Positions 1 to 8,363 of a stretch of 38,911 nt of DNA are shown piece by piece. Position 1 is the first letter of the stretch. Every line of letters begins with the position of its first letter. This DNA is from Spirulina sp. GTDB taxonomy: Bacteria > Cyanobacteriota > Cyanobacteriia > Phormidesmidales > Phormidesmidaceae. Location of the stretch: NCBI GenBank assembly GCA_044070495.1, contig JBIPSI010000043.1, positions 1-38,911 of the forward strand, in the 5' to 3' direction. The notes beneath the pieces were generated by a model, which saw only the letters and a program-made list of their open reading frames with translations, was not told the DNA's origin and made no database searches. A program made the position numbers and the translations under genes.

Positions 1-3
1 AAA

Positions 4-146
4 CAATAACCAATAACCAATAACCAATAACCAATAACCAATAACCAATAACCAATAACCAATAACCAATAACCAATAACCAATAACCAATAACCAATAA
101 CCAATAACCAATAACCAATAACCAATAACCAATAACCAATAACCAA
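4..146. repeat. Perfect heptamer tandem array (CAATAAC)x20, STRR-like
   Basis: 20 exact copies at 4-143 plus a partial CAA. Ends 10 nt before the ATG at 157. Confidence 0.97.
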
Positions 147-156
147 CACCCCCTCC

Positions 157-1764
157 ATGCCCCCCTCCCCCTCTCGCCCCCTAGCCACCGCCACCGCTGG
201 CATGGTGGTCTGTCCCCACTATTTAGCCTCCCAAGCAGGACTAGCCATGCTGAAACGGGGGGGCCATGCGGTGGATGCCGCCATTGCCATGAATGCGGCC
301 CTAGGGGTGGTCTATCCCCACATGACGGGGCTGGGGGGCGATGGCCTGGGGCTGATCTATGAAGCCGCGACGGGCCAGGTTCACGGGCTGAACGGTAGCG
401 GGCGGGCGGGGCAACACATCACCCCAGATCGCTTTGCCGAGTTGGGACTGACTCGCATTCCCCAGCGTGGCCCCCAGGCGGTGATTACGGTGCCGGGAAG
501 TGTGGCCGCGTGGCAGTTGGCCCATCAGCGCTTTGGCCGTCTACCCTGGCAAGACCTGATGCAGCCCGCCATCGCCCTGGCCACCGAAGGTTACCCCGCC
601 TCGGCCTCCCAGGTGGTATGGACGAAGCGCAACCTAGACAGCTTTGCCCGCCATGCGCCCCAGGGCAACCCCTTTTTGGCCAACGGCCAGCCGCCCACCG
701 TTGGCCAAACCCTCACCAACCCGGCCCTGGCCACCAGTCTGAAGCACCTCGCCCAAGCCGGAGCCGAGGCTTTTTACCAAGGCTCGATTACCCAGGCCAT
801 TGTCAGCCATCTAAAAAATCTGGGTGGCTGGCTGACCCTAGAAGACTTTGCCCAACCCGCCGCCGATTGGGTCGCCCCCATTGCCACCACCTACCGGGGC
901 TATCGCGTCAGCCAACTGCCGCCCAATACCCAGGGGTTCACGGTGCTGCAAATGCTGAATCTGCTAGAACCCTTCGACTTAGCTGCCCTGGGCCACGGCA
1001 CCGCCGACTATTACCACCTGATGGCGGAAATTACCAAACTGGCCCTGGCGGATCGCGAACGCTGGCTGTGCGACCCAGATTTTTACCCCATCCCCCTAGA
1101 GACTCTGATCAGCAAAGCTTACGCCGACCAGCGTCGTGCCCTGATCAGCCTCACCACCGCCCAACCCCAGGTCGCTAGCCCCCTCGGTGGCGACACCACC
1201 TACTCCGCCGTCATCGATGCCGAGGGCAACGTGGTTTCGCTGTTGCAGAGCATTTATATGGACTTTGGGGCGGCGGTGGTGCCGCCGGAACTAGGCTTTG
1301 CCCTTCATAATCGTGGGGCGTTGTTTAGCCTGGATCCTGCCCATCCCAACGTCTTGGCTCCGGGCAAGCGATCCTTCCACACCCTGATTCCGGCCCTGGT
1401 GCAGCACAGCAACGGCCAACCCTACCTCGCCCTAGGCACCATGGGCGGCGAAGGCCAACCCCAAACCCAGCTTGCCCTACTGACCCGTGTGCTCGATTTT
1501 GGCTTTGATCCCCAAACCGCCATCGACCTGCCCCGCTGGCTGTGGGGCCGCACCTGGGGCGATGCCGAGACCCGCCTCACCCTCGAAGGCCGTATTCCTC
1601 AAGACGTTCGCCAAGCCCTAGCCGACCGGGGACACTCCATCCAAACCGCCCCCGCCTGGACAGACCGCATGGGCCACGCCCACCTGCTCCGCATCGACCC
1701 CCATACCCGCCAAATCCAAGGCGGCAGCGATCCCCGCAGCGATGGAGCCGCTCTGGGGTTGTAG
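157..1764 (+). CDS. ggt: Gamma-glutamyltransferase family Ntn-hydrolase (YwrD/HpxW-like subgroup)
   Basis: 535 aa. Motifs VVYPHMTGLGGD, PPNTQG, GDTT (Thr nucleophile), PGKRSFHT, GTMGGEGQPQ and terminal GGSDPRSDG. Confidence 0.9.
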   Translation: MPPSPSRPLATATAGMVVCPHYLASQAGLAMLKRGGHAVDAAIAMNAALGVVYPHMTGLGGDGLGLIYEAATGQVHGLNGSGRAGQHITPDRFAELGLTRIPQRGPQAVITVPGSVAAWQLAHQRFGRLPWQDLMQPAIALATEGYPASASQVVWTKRNLDSFARHAPQGNPFLANGQPPTVGQTLTNPALATSLKHLAQAGAEAFYQGSITQAIVSHLKNLGGWLTLEDFAQPAADWVAPIATTYRGYRVSQLPPNTQGFTVLQMLNLLEPFDLAALGHGTADYYHLMAEITKLALADRERWLCDPDFYPIPLETLISKAYADQRRALISLTTAQPQVASPLGGDTTYSAVIDAEGNVVSLLQSIYMDFGAAVVPPELGFALHNRGALFSLDPAHPNVLAPGKRSFHTLIPALVQHSNGQPYLALGTMGGEGQPQTQLALLTRVLDFGFDPQTAIDLPRWLWGRTWGDAETRLTLEGRIPQDVRQALADRGHSIQTAPAWTDRMGHAHLLRIDPHTRQIQGGSDPRSDGAALGL

Positions 1765-2016
1765 GAACACTGGGCATCGGGGATCCACCGGGTGTCGGGG
1801 ATCACTGACATCAAACGCCATAGCGGTATCGAAAAGGTCTTGAAATTACACCAAAGCCCGTGCTATCACAAATCTGCGTTTGAAGAGCGGAACCCCATTT
1901 TCCCGAGCATAAAGGGGACTCCCTGCGTCATCTTCAAGCGGGTGTGGGCGTTGCAAACACCTTGGGGCAGCTTTGCCTTTGGTATAGCCTTTAGCTCAGG
2001 GAGCTAACTACTCGCT

Positions 2017-2550
2017 ATGGTAACCGATCAACTCGATACAGCGGTTCAAACCTTCCAGCACATGAACCAGACGGTGGAGCGCTATACCCGCCTCTGCCGC
2101 GCCTATGTGCAATTGTCCGAGCGCTTTCATCAGCTTGATGTGGAGCACATGACCCTCAAGGGGCAGGTTGTTCCCCTGCTGAGAGCACTCAAGGCGCAGC
2201 AAACCCGCCTAAAGCAAATGCAGACCGAGAAAGAAGCCCTACAGCAAGCCCTAGATCAACGCATGGCCCAGCATCGCCAGGACATGCAAACCCTCACTCG
2301 CACCTACGAAGAACGGCTCAGCAGCCTCAGCCACCACCTAGAGGAGCTTCGCCCCCTGGAACGCTTGCTGTCCTCGGATATGTCCCAGGACTTGGCGGTG
2401 GCCGAAGAACAGATGGATCTGGTGGAAGCGACGCTGCAAGAAATGTCCGAGGATAACGACCCAGACCTGACTAGCGACGAAAAGGCGCTCCTAGCCGCCT
2501 ACCGAGCCAACCCCGCCGCCTTTCTCAATCCCCTAATGACGGAGTCGTGA
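2017..2550 (+). CDS. Hypothetical coiled-coil protein
   Basis: 177 aa, helical and Q/E/L-rich. AGGGAG lies upstream of the ATG. Confidence 0.75.
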   Translation: MVTDQLDTAVQTFQHMNQTVERYTRLCRAYVQLSERFHQLDVEHMTLKGQVVPLLRALKAQQTRLKQMQTEKEALQQALDQRMAQHRQDMQTLTRTYEERLSSLSHHLEELRPLERLLSSDMSQDLAVAEEQMDLVEATLQEMSEDNDPDLTSDEKALLAAYRANPAAFLNPLMTES

Positions 2551-2558
2551 TTCCAACC

Positions 2559-2688
2559 CCGAATCCTATAACCCCGATTCCCAACAGGCAGAATCGTGGG
2601 GTGCATAGCGCCAGGGGCGCGGCACAGCCTACGCGGCTCTTCCCCTACCCGGCTACGTTCTGACCACGTTAATGAGCCGCAATGCACC
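2559..2688 (+). repeat. Dispersed repeat / composite REP-like element, copy 1
   Basis: 2559-2615 matches the reverse complement of 12315-12371 at 51/57 nt. Continues into a GGTGCAT...ATGCACC palindrome. Confidence 0.75.
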
Positions 2689-2757
2689 TGAAGAATCGGG
2701 GGTAGCCAAGTAGGATTTGGTATGAGATTAACTCGAACAGAGGTTAACCCCAAGCGT

Positions 2758-3883
2758 CTAGACCGTTTGCTCTTGCAGTAGTTGGTTCTCCTGACGCAGG
2801 TAGGCCTGGATAAAGGACTCCAATTCACCATCCATCACGTCGGTAATGGCGGTGGTTTCGACGCCCGTTCGCAGGTCTTTCACCATTTGGTAGGGGTGGA
2901 ACACATAGTTGCGAATTTGGGTGCCCCAGGCCGCTTCCACCATGTCGCCGCGAATTTCGGCAATGGCTTGGGCGTGCTGTTCTTGGGCGATGATCAGCAG
3001 CTTGGCTTTGAGGATAGCCATGGCCTTTTCGCGGTTTTGCAGTTGGGATCGCTCCTGGGTGCAGCGTACGGAAATGCCCGTGGGTAAGTGAGTAATTCGC
3101 ACCGCCGTTTCCACCTTGTTCACGTTTTGGCCACCCGCCCCACCAGAACGGGAGGTCTTGATTTCCAAATCCTTTTCGGGGATATCTAGCTCCACGGTTT
3201 GATCCAAAATCGGCATCACCTCCACCCCGGCAAAGCTGGTTTGGCGCTTGCCGTTGGCGTTAAAGGGCGAAATTCGCACCAGCCGATGGGTGCCCTTTTC
3301 AGACTTCAGGTAGCCAAAGGCATAGCGCCCGGTGATCTCCAGCGTCACAGACTTCAGCCCCGCCTCTTCCCCCTCCGACATTTCCACCAAATGCACGCCA
3401 TAGCCCTGCCGCTCGGCCCAACGGGTATACATGCGCAGCAGCATTTCCGCCCAATCCTGGGCATCGGTGCCGCCCGCCCCAGCGTTGATGGTGAGTACGG
3501 CCCCCTTCTTGTCGTAGGGGCCAGCCAAAAGCTGCTGAAGCTCCCACTGGTCTAGCTCGTGGCCAAGTTTGGCCACATTGTCGTAGGCTTCCTGGAGCAG
3601 GGCTTCGTCGCTCTCCACCTGCAAGAGTTCTAGGATGGCGGCGGCATCCTCTAGACTGGCCTGCCATTGGGTAAGCTGGGCCAGATTCGCCTTATAGTCG
3701 CTCAACTCCTGAAGGGTCTCCTGGGCCTTGGTTTGGTCGTCCCAAAAGTCGGGCTGGGCGGCAATTTGCTCTAAATCTTGAATTTTCGCTTCTAGGGCAG
3801 GAATGTCAAAGATAGTCCTGGGTTTTACCCAGGCGGTGGGTGAGCTGGTCGAGGTCGCGTTTGAGGTCTACGGTATCGAGCAT
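2758..3883 (-). CDS. prfB: Peptide chain release factor 2 with +1 programmed ribosomal frameshift (about 374 aa)
   Basis: ATG at 3883 opens 25 codons ([25 protein letters not shown]) ending in CTT TGA C (3811-3805). The +1 frame continues [14 protein letters not shown] and contains the SPF and GGQ motifs. Confidence 0.97.
3805..3820 (-). other. prfB frameshift cassette (CAGGAC TAT CTT TGA C)
   Basis: Canonical slippery CTT-TGA-C preceded by an internal SD-like AGGA. Confidence 0.93.
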
Positions 3884-4103
3884 GGGATAACTGAGAAATT
3901 TGAACGTTGGCACTAGGCCCGTGATGATGGCCTACACCACTAAGTTAGTAGATCCTGGGTGCATTCGGTTGAGCTACACCCTGCCCTGAGCCAAGCAGCC
4001 ATCTTGTTGGGGGGGTGACACACCTATACGTAAGCCCGTACTAATCAGAAAAGAGTATTAAGTTACAGGGCCTCTAGAGCATCGGGTCTTTATACTGAAG
4101 TTC

Positions 4104-4176
4104 TCTACCTAAGATCCCCGCAGGGGTATTTAGGCTGACAGATTTCTACCTAAGATCCCACATAAGGGTATTAGGC
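4104..4176. repeat. Tandem pair of 32-nt hairpin-forming repeats
   Basis: TCTACCTAAGATCCC-x-GGGTATT(T)AGGC at 4104-4135 and 4145-4176. Confidence 0.8.
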
Positions 4177-4257
4177 GGAAAATTTCCCTCTAATAAGTAG
4201 TGGTTCTGCTTGGTAGAAATATTACTGGATGGGAACACTAAGTCCACTTATCAGGCA

Positions 4258-4342
4258 CACTAACTCTTCGTTGGAGCCGACAAACGCGTTAGCCCGACGA
4301 CGCTGGCTAAGCAGCGTTCGCGGCTCGATTTCGTTATTGGGC
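4258..4342 (+). mobile_element. Integron attC-like imperfect palindrome (possibly degenerate)
   Basis: R''-like CACTAAC, 5-nt spacer, L''-like GTTGGAGC, nested stems (GAGCCG/CGGCTC, AACGC/GCGTT, TTAGCC/GGCTAA), L'-like GCTCGAT, then GTTATTG or ATTGGGC as R'. Confidence 0.6.
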
Positions 4343-4436
4343 ATACAAATTTTTGGCATATAAATTATTCCTTCGCATGGATAGTTTGCTCAGCATTTGA
4401 TTATGTATAGCGTGAATTACCGTGGAGGTGTTGGCA

Positions 4437-4973
4437 ATGGGATTTTTTGATAGACTACGCGAATGGATGCGTGGGGGAGAAGAAGAAAGGCGATACGATA
4501 ATATTCGAGTCACGAATATGGCAGACGGCACAATGATTGAAGGTCATGACGCTGTTAAAGATTATTTCCAGAAGGAAGAGCAGTTAGCAAATGAGCACGG
4601 TTCTTCTATAACTTTTCAAATCTACCGAATAAACTTAAGAGCAGAGACCTCTACAGATTTACAGGGTCCACGGCTAACTGAAATAAAGGTAGATGGTGAT
4701 TTTGTATCAGGTGAAGACACTGTGGCATCTGTAAAAATGAAAATACGCCCCTTAATCGATAATGCTATGGCAGATATTGGGCTAGAAGAGCAGTCTGATC
4801 GGAAAATCAGGGAGACTGACCAAATGACTTTCTTTTTCAACTCTCATCCGATGCAGGATACCGATCTATTTTATGCTGACCACTTTATGATGCTGCCATC
4901 TTGGGTACAGGTGTGTTTCCATGATTGTAAGTCGGAAGAATTTACTGCAATTTTAGATAAATTTAGAAACTAG
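4437..4973 (+). CDS. AT-rich hypothetical protein, possible ubiquitin-like (beta-grasp) domain
   Basis: GGAGG at 4424-4428 and ATG at 4437; 178 aa. Visibly lower GC than its neighbours. Contains EDTVASVKMKI...DQMTFFFNSHPMQD. Confidence 0.75.
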   Translation: MGFFDRLREWMRGGEEERRYDNIRVTNMADGTMIEGHDAVKDYFQKEEQLANEHGSSITFQIYRINLRAETSTDLQGPRLTEIKVDGDFVSGEDTVASVKMKIRPLIDNAMADIGLEEQSDRKIRETDQMTFFFNSHPMQDTDLFYADHFMMLPSWVQVCFHDCKSEEFTAILDKFRN

Positions 4974-4981
4974 TTCAGTTC

Positions 4982-5191
4982 GTAGGGTGGGCATTGCCCA
5001 CCACTCTTCCCTAATAAGCCTAATAAGCAGTTAGGCCACCTCCCAAGCCATGAACACACCGACCGATTCCCGATTTTGGCGCAACGCCGCAACGCGGGAG
5101 ATGAGGCATAGAGGCATGGCCCACCACTTTTCCCTAATAAGTCCGAAATCCTCGGCGAGTGTTGGGTTCCGCTCCGCTGCACCCAACCTAC
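4982..5191. repeat. Cluster of GTAG-family REP-like palindromes in convergent orientation
   Basis: GTAG-GGTGGGCA-T-TGCCCACC at 4982-5002 (+). GTAG-GTTGGGT...ACCCAAC at 5191-5161 (-). Internal duplication of GCCCACCACTYTTCCCTAATAAG. Confidence 0.75.
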
Positions 5192-5382
5192 TTTGGAGAT
5201 GTGTCAGGCCATCAAGACATATAGGCAATTTAATATCCAGCGTTTCTTGATCCCATTCGGTGGGCTGTCGCGGATATGGCCGGTGAAAGTCTGCCGCGCT
5301 TTTCGGCCAGGTTTGCTACGGTTTGAAGGAGGCGTAGTTAGGCCACCAGGTTGGTGCCGGAAGGATCTGGGGTAGGGCGGCG

Positions 5383-7047
5383 ATGGGCAAGACGATTGTT
5401 TGGTTTCGTCGAGATTTGCGGGTAAGCGACCATGCGCCCCTAGGGCGGGCGGCACGGCGGGGCTTGGTGATTCCGGTGTTTATCTTTGACCGGGCGCTGC
5501 TGCGGCATCCAGAAACGGGATCGGCCAGGGTGGCCTTTTTGCTGGGGGCGCTGGTGGCCCTAGATGAGGACCTGCGACGGTTGGGAGGACGACTGATTTT
5601 GCGCACCGGAGATCCGGTGGTGGTGCTGCCTCAGTTGGTTGAGGAAACCCAGGCGGAGGGCATCTATGCCTATACCGACTGTGAACGCATCTATGGCCGA
5701 GTGCGCGATGCTCGCTTAAATGCGGCCCTAGCCCAGCGGCAAATGAAAATTCGCTGGTTTGAGCCTGCCGCCAGCACGGATGGGCTGATGCCCTATCCCC
5801 GCTATCGGAATCTGTGGTATCGCCACATGGCCCAGCCCCAAGAGCCCTTGCCCCAGCGGGTCGCGGTGCCGCCGGAGATTACCAGCGATGCTTGGCCCGA
5901 TCTAGCGGCCCTTGGCCACACCGCCGATAGCAAACCTATTCCAGCGGCCAGCACCACCGTCGCTCGACAGTTGTTGGACGATTTTCTGACCCAAAAGGCC
6001 GACTGCTACTATTGGCAACTGTCTTACCCCAGCGCCGAAGCGACTACGGGCCTCAGTCCACACCTCAAATTTGGGGTGATTTCCGTGCGGGAATGCGTGC
6101 AGCGGGTGCGGCAGGCGGTGGATGGTGGGGATCGACGGGTGCGGCGCAGCCACCAACAGCTCATTTCGCGGCTACGGTGGGGCAGCGGCTTTACCCAACG
6201 GTTCCGCTACCTGCCCCAGTTAGAACTGAAATCCCTATACCAAGTGTTTGACCAAGAGGGCTGGGACTTTGACCCCGACCTCTACCAGGCATGGCAGACG
6301 GGACAAACGGGGTTTCCCATCGTGGATGCAGCGGCCCGCTGTTTGCAGGCCACCGGGGGATATCTAGCCCTCAATTTTCGGAGCCGCGCCATCTACGCCA
6401 GCTTTCTGAGCAATTTGCTGGGCATCGACTGGCGCTATGGGGCGCTTCATTTTATGCGCCATTTGATTGATGGCGATTGCCCCATCGACCATTACCAATG
6501 GGCCATGCAGTCCGGCGTCACCCACTGCGTCGATAAAACCTGGACTCGCATCTACAACCCAGGTCAGGCGGCCATAGACCGCTGCGACCCAGAGGGAGCC
6601 TTCATCAAGCGTTGGGTGCCAGAACTAGCCCACCTATCCGCCGACCAACTGGGTGCCCCGCCGCCCCAGTCCAACTATCCCGCCCCTATTTTGGACTACA
6701 AAGCTGCTCGTCAACGGCGGGTGAAGCGGCTGGAGACTCAGCGAAAACCGCTCCTTGAGGCCAAAAACTTGATTCCTCACCTGGCCCCCCTGCCCTCGGA
6801 TCTCACGCCCTTTGGCACCGACCTTTATCCAAACGATGTGACCTGGGCCGCATCCTCTGCAACGGCTCTCTTTCCGCCGCCGCTGCCCTTGGAAAACCTC
6901 AACCCCTTGGAGGCCCAAGCCCTCCGCACCTGGTTTGTAGCCCATGTCAACATTTTGCCGCCTAAGCCTAAACGATCCTCCCGCCGCCAAGCCACCGATC
7001 CCAACATCCAGCAGCTCAGCCTTTTGGAGGGGCTATGGGAAGAGTAG
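5383..7047 (+). CDS. Cryptochrome/photolyase family protein with C-terminal extension
   Basis: 554 aa. Motifs WFRRDLRVSDH, TTGLSPHLKFG, WQTGQTGFPIVDAA, IDWRYG, LIDGD, RIYNP and DPEGAFIKRWVPEL. Confidence 0.92.
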   Translation: MGKTIVWFRRDLRVSDHAPLGRAARRGLVIPVFIFDRALLRHPETGSARVAFLLGALVALDEDLRRLGGRLILRTGDPVVVLPQLVEETQAEGIYAYTDCERIYGRVRDARLNAALAQRQMKIRWFEPAASTDGLMPYPRYRNLWYRHMAQPQEPLPQRVAVPPEITSDAWPDLAALGHTADSKPIPAASTTVARQLLDDFLTQKADCYYWQLSYPSAEATTGLSPHLKFGVISVRECVQRVRQAVDGGDRRVRRSHQQLISRLRWGSGFTQRFRYLPQLELKSLYQVFDQEGWDFDPDLYQAWQTGQTGFPIVDAAARCLQATGGYLALNFRSRAIYASFLSNLLGIDWRYGALHFMRHLIDGDCPIDHYQWAMQSGVTHCVDKTWTRIYNPGQAAIDRCDPEGAFIKRWVPELAHLSADQLGAPPPQSNYPAPILDYKAARQRRVKRLETQRKPLLEAKNLIPHLAPLPSDLTPFGTDLYPNDVTWAASSATALFPPPLPLENLNPLEAQALRTWFVAHVNILPPKPKRSSRRQATDPNIQQLSLLEGLWEE

Positions 7048-7126
7048 CGTTCAGCCGATGACAACGTTCCGGTCAGAGATCCCAGAACCAAGCCCACATC
7101 TGGATGGCCCACCCCCAAGGCAGAGA

Positions 7127-7148
7127 GGCAAGGAGACCTCGCCCCTAC
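7127..7148 (-). repeat. GTAG-family REP-like palindrome
   Basis: Minus strand reads GTAG-GGGCGAGG-TCT-CCTTGCC; lies between convergent genes. Confidence 0.6.
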
Positions 7149-7175
7149 GGTTTGACGGGTTTAGAAATCGAGAGG

Positions 7176-7370
7176 TTAGTCCACCACCCGCAGCCGACCC
7201 TGCTGGATGGCCTCAAAAATGCGCTGGGCGATGGCCTGTTCCTGGCTGCTGATTTGGGTTTTGCCGAGCAAGGTTTGCATCAAATCCTGCTGCACCTGAC
7301 GAGTAATGCGACGATCTGCAAAGATTTGGTCAACAATGGTGGCGAGGGGGCGGGGGGAGGTAGTATTCAT
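7176..7370 (-). CDS. Small hypothetical protein (64 aa)
   Basis: ATG start, fills the gap between genes, helical. Ends RIFEAIQQGRLRVVD, resembling small conserved cyanobacterial proteins. Confidence 0.75.
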   Translation of the reverse strand: MNTTSPRPLATIVDQIFADRRITRQVQQDLMQTLLGKTQISSQEQAIAQRIFEAIQQGRLRVVD

Positions 7371-7686
7371 GGCCGGAAAGGAGGGAACTCTGATTGCTAT
7401 CCCTACTATCGGCCCTTGGCAGGCTTTTTACTGTGACACCCCTACAAGTCTCCTGTGATTGTTTTGGTAGTTCTAGGGTGATCAAATCCGGTGCTTTGTT
7501 GTGCCTCAGATCACAATCAACACCGCTAGGCCATCGGTAACCGCCTCCAAAAGGAGGCCCCGCCCACAACAGATGGTTAGCGGGCTGAAGGAATCTTCCA
7601 TCCCAACGCCGATGCTGCCCTAGGGGAGATGGTGTTTAAAAATATTATGGCCCAGCAATAGGATGGCTAGGCTGGCCGAAGGAGGC

Positions 7687-8217
7687 TTAGTGAATCCCCC
7701 AGGAAATCCAGCGAGATTCCCCGGTGGGGGGCACATCCATCCCGCAGTGGCGCAGCAGATTGAGGTTGGCCCCGCCCAGTTCGGCCTCTTCGAGGCGGGT
7801 ATTTTCCACCCAGGCGCTGACCAGGTTGGCATGGGTGAGGTTGGCCCCGCTGAGGATCACCTCGCACAGAATAGCCCCTCGCAGATCGGCCTGTTCTAGG
7901 GTGGCGGCGCGCAGATCCGCCTGACTCAGATCGGCCCCCACCAGGCTGGCCTGCCGGAGGTCTGCACCAATCAGGTTAGTGTGATTGAGACTGGCTCCAC
8001 TTAGGTCGGCGCTGGTCAGATCGGCATCGGAAAGGTTGGCCCGATCTAGGTTGGCCCGCGATAGATCGGCTCCATCCAGGGCCACCTGGGACAGATCGGC
8101 CCCACTCAGGTCAATGCCGCTAAGGTTCACCCCTCGCAGATCGGCCCGATGCAGCCTTACCCCAGAGAAGTTTCGATCTCCCCGGTTGTACTCATGCAAA
8201 AACTGCTGAACATCCAT
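7687..8217 (-). CDS. Pentapeptide repeat protein
   Basis: N-cap YNRGDRNFSG followed by A(D/N)LS repeats. GGAGG lies 8 nt before the ATG at 8217. Confidence 0.92.
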   Translation of the reverse strand: MDVQQFLHEYNRGDRNFSGVRLHRADLRGVNLSGIDLSGADLSQVALDGADLSRANLDRANLSDADLTSADLSGASLNHTNLIGADLRQASLVGADLSQADLRAATLEQADLRGAILCEVILSGANLTHANLVSAWVENTRLEEAELGGANLNLLRHCGMDVPPTGESRWISWGIH

Positions 8218-8341
8218 GGCACCAGCCTCCACAAGGCAGGAATTGGGTCGTGGGATAGAAGGGATAGCGTAGACGCCCTAGACCGAATGAGACGAGCGGT
8301 GGTTTTCGACTCGATTTCGATCTGTCCCTTGGCCCTTGCTG

Positions 8342-8363
8342 AAATGTAACTCAGGCTACATTT
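8342..8363. promoter_or_regulatory. NtcA-type palindrome GTA-N8-TAC
   Basis: AAATGTA-ACTCAGGC-TACATTT in the divergent intergenic region between the pentapeptide gene and desA. Confidence 0.55.

Noticed and set aside
4..146. Heptamer array as a CRISPR
   Set aside because: Pure tandem 7-mers with no spacers, and no cas genes in the window.
2758..3705. 315-aa ORF as a truncated or pseudogenised prfB
   Set aside because: Explained by the programmed frameshift at 3811-3805.
4104..4176. Twin hairpins as a mini-CRISPR (ATTTCTAC resembles type V repeats)
   Set aside because: Only two imperfect units separated by 9 nt, too short for a spacer, and no effector gene.
4452..4478. RLREWMRGG as a ubiquitin-type LRGG terminus
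   Set aside because: It lies near the N-terminus, before the putative fold, and is probably coincidental.
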